DNA of 64,000 nt from an uncultured Fibrobacteraceae bacterium (GTDB taxonomy: Bacteria; Krumholzibacteriota; Krumholzibacteriia; LZORAL124-64-63), in the NCBI GenBank assembly GCA_964524645.1, contig CAZGEC010000002.1, positions 93,076-157,075 of the forward strand, in the 5' to 3' direction. Made by a program: the position numbers and the translations under genes. Shown here piece after piece: positions 62,813-64,000 of this stretch. The notes beneath the pieces were generated by a model. It saw nothing but the letters and a program-made list of their open reading frames with translations. It made no database searches and was not told the DNA's origin. The stretch's first letter is position 1. Every line of letters begins with the position of its first letter.

Positions 62813-63547
62813 TCAGCGGTGGCAGGTCGAGCAGTCGGTCGAGGGGTTGATGTCGTGCAGCCGGCGCAGGCGCCGGCCCAGCTCCACGGGATCCTCGTCG
62901 GGCAGCCAGTCCATGGCCGTGAGCTGCTCCTGAGGTCGCAGGTACTTCTCGGGAGCCCGGTGGCAGTCCAGACACCAGCTCATGGACAGGGGCTGGGCCT
63001 GCTGCACGACCGTCATCTTGTCCACGCGGCCGTGGCAGGAGACGCAGCCGACGCCCGCCCGCAGGTGGGCGCTGTGATCGAAGTACACGAAATCCGGCAG
63101 GTCGTGCACCCGTACCCAGGGCACCGGCAGGCCGTTCGCGTGGCTCTCGCGGATCGGCAGCAGCTTGGGGCTGTCGGTCCTGATGTGCGCGTGGCAGTTC
63201 ATGCAGGTCTGCGTGGGCGGGATGGCAGCGTGGGCCGCGACCTCCACCGTGTTGTGGCAGTAGCGGCAGTCCATGCCCAGCTCGCCCACGTGGAGCGCGT
63301 GGCTGTAGGGTACTGGCTGCTCGGGAGCGTAACCCACGGCCGTGGTGCGCGGATCGATGAGAACGTACAGGAAAACGACGAGGTAGAGCAAGCCGCCGAC
63401 CGCCAGGACGGCCGAGGCGTTGCGCAGGAGGTTGGTCCACCTGGGAAAGACGAAGAGATCGTGATCGTCGCCCTGTCTGGTGCCCCGACCGCGTCCCCGC
63501 TGACTTTCAGCGGAATCGCGCCGACTGTCCCGTTGATCCTGACCCAA
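62813..63547 (-). CDS. actA: Alternative complex III pentaheme cytochrome c subunit ActA
   Basis: Five CxxCH motifs (CRYCH, CMNCH, CVSCH, CLDCH, CSTCH) and an N-terminal TM helix. Confidence 0.85.
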   Translation of the reverse strand: MGQDQRDSRRDSAESQRGRGRGTRQGDDHDLFVFPRWTNLLRNASAVLAVGGLLYLVVFLYVLIDPRTTAVGYAPEQPVPYSHALHVGELGMDCRYCHNTVEVAAHAAIPPTQTCMNCHAHIRTDSPKLLPIRESHANGLPVPWVRVHDLPDFVYFDHSAHLRAGVGCVSCHGRVDKMTVVQQAQPLSMSWCLDCHRAPEKYLRPQEQLTAMDWLPDEDPVELGRRLRRLHDINPSTDCSTCHR

Positions 63548-63715
63548 GGGCTGCTCCCTCTGACGGGTGGGCGGTCCCGAGCGCCGCCCGCGCGGTGCGT
63601 TGAACCGTGAAGCAGTTGCGCATGATAGCGACAGCCACGTGCTCTGACAACGACTTTCGCCCCGCCGGCCGGCCGGCGCCCCCTGGAAGGGGTGCCGGCA
63701 CGGGCCGGCCGGAGC

Positions 63716-63994
63716 CTAGAGGCGGAACGAGGTGCCGCAGCCACAGGAGCGCGTGGCGTTGGGATTGTGGAACTTGAAGCCGCCACCCATGAGCTTGGCG
63801 GAGAAGTCGACCTCCAGGCCCTCCAGGTAGCGCCGCGATTCGGCGCTGCAGACCACCTTCAGGCCCTTCTGCTCGAAAACCTCGTCGCCCTCGGCGGCGT
63901 CCAGGTCGAAGTCCATGCTGTACTGAAGACCCGAGCAACCACCCTCTTCCACGCCGAAGCGCACCACGGAAGCGGCGTGGTTCCGCTCGGCCAT
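63716..63994 (-). CDS. HesB/IscA-family iron-sulfur cluster insertion protein. The N-terminus may extend past the window end
   Basis: C-terminal SCGCG motif typical of the A-type carrier. Confidence 0.65.
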   Translation of the reverse strand: MAERNHAASVVRFGVEEGGCSGLQYSMDFDLDAAEGDEVFEQKGLKVVCSAESRRYLEGLEVDFSAKLMGGGFKFHNPNATRSCGCGTSFRL

Positions 63995-64000
63995 CAGGCG

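Overview
This is a high-GC (roughly 68-70%), densely coding bacterial chromosomal segment. Most genes lie in long minus-strand operons with overlapping ATGA/TGA junctions. I found no rRNA or tRNA, no CRISPR array and no transposase or IS element.

Supported contents, left to right:
- an ABC-2 exporter pair, a HAD hydrolase and a sterol-desaturase-like hydroxylase
- a HEPN/HTH-nucleotidyltransferase toxin-antitoxin pair with tandem palindromic operators
- DUF169 plus a B12-binding radical SAM enzyme
- a three-component AmmeMemoRadiSam module (AmrS, then an AmrB-AmrA fusion) in which both proteins carry export signals (Tat motif and Sec/TM anchor)
- a membrane-embedded spermidine-synthase-like protein and a protease-less tandem-PDZ protein
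- a glycan-synthesis operon: DUF547, CesA-like GT2, GT87-like DUF2029 and GT2-DUF2064
- an ArsS-like radical SAM with an AhpD-like partner and a SorC-like regulator
- a beta-propeller/transglutaminase-like secreted protein, acetolactate-synthase-like and aldehyde dehydrogenase genes, and a TPR lipoprotein
- a two-component unit whose response regulator carries a lipoyl-lysine-less GcvH-like output domain, coupled to a Rossmann-PAS histidine kinase and an atypical kinase-like gene
- ICMT and DUF123 genes, a LeuC/LeuD-fusion dehydratase, PrpD and a CBS-pair protein
- heme A synthase and heme O synthase
- a caa3 oxidase (coxB, coxA, coxC, coxIV), SCO1 and alternative complex III actABCDEF(G) respiratory locus

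The most striking signal is a dispersed paralogous family of signal-peptide proteins: five loci in the window plus one cut at the window edge. The loci share, at or near the C-terminus, an almost invariant tail [ST]-[FW]-G-x-[VI]-K-x-[LIM]-Y-R. A subset also shares a conserved N-terminal module. This looks like an undescribed C-terminal sorting or recognition tag, or a new cell-surface protein family.

Many very long ORFs in the six-frame track are antisense or frame-shadow artefacts of the high GC content, and I rejected them. My single-base coordinates follow the ORF-track frames; my reading of the sequence text disagreed with the track by 1 nt in two places and turned out to be mis-transcribed where I rechecked, so positions counted by hand from the sequence text (the palindromes, terminator hairpins and promoter motifs) may be off by 1-2 nt.
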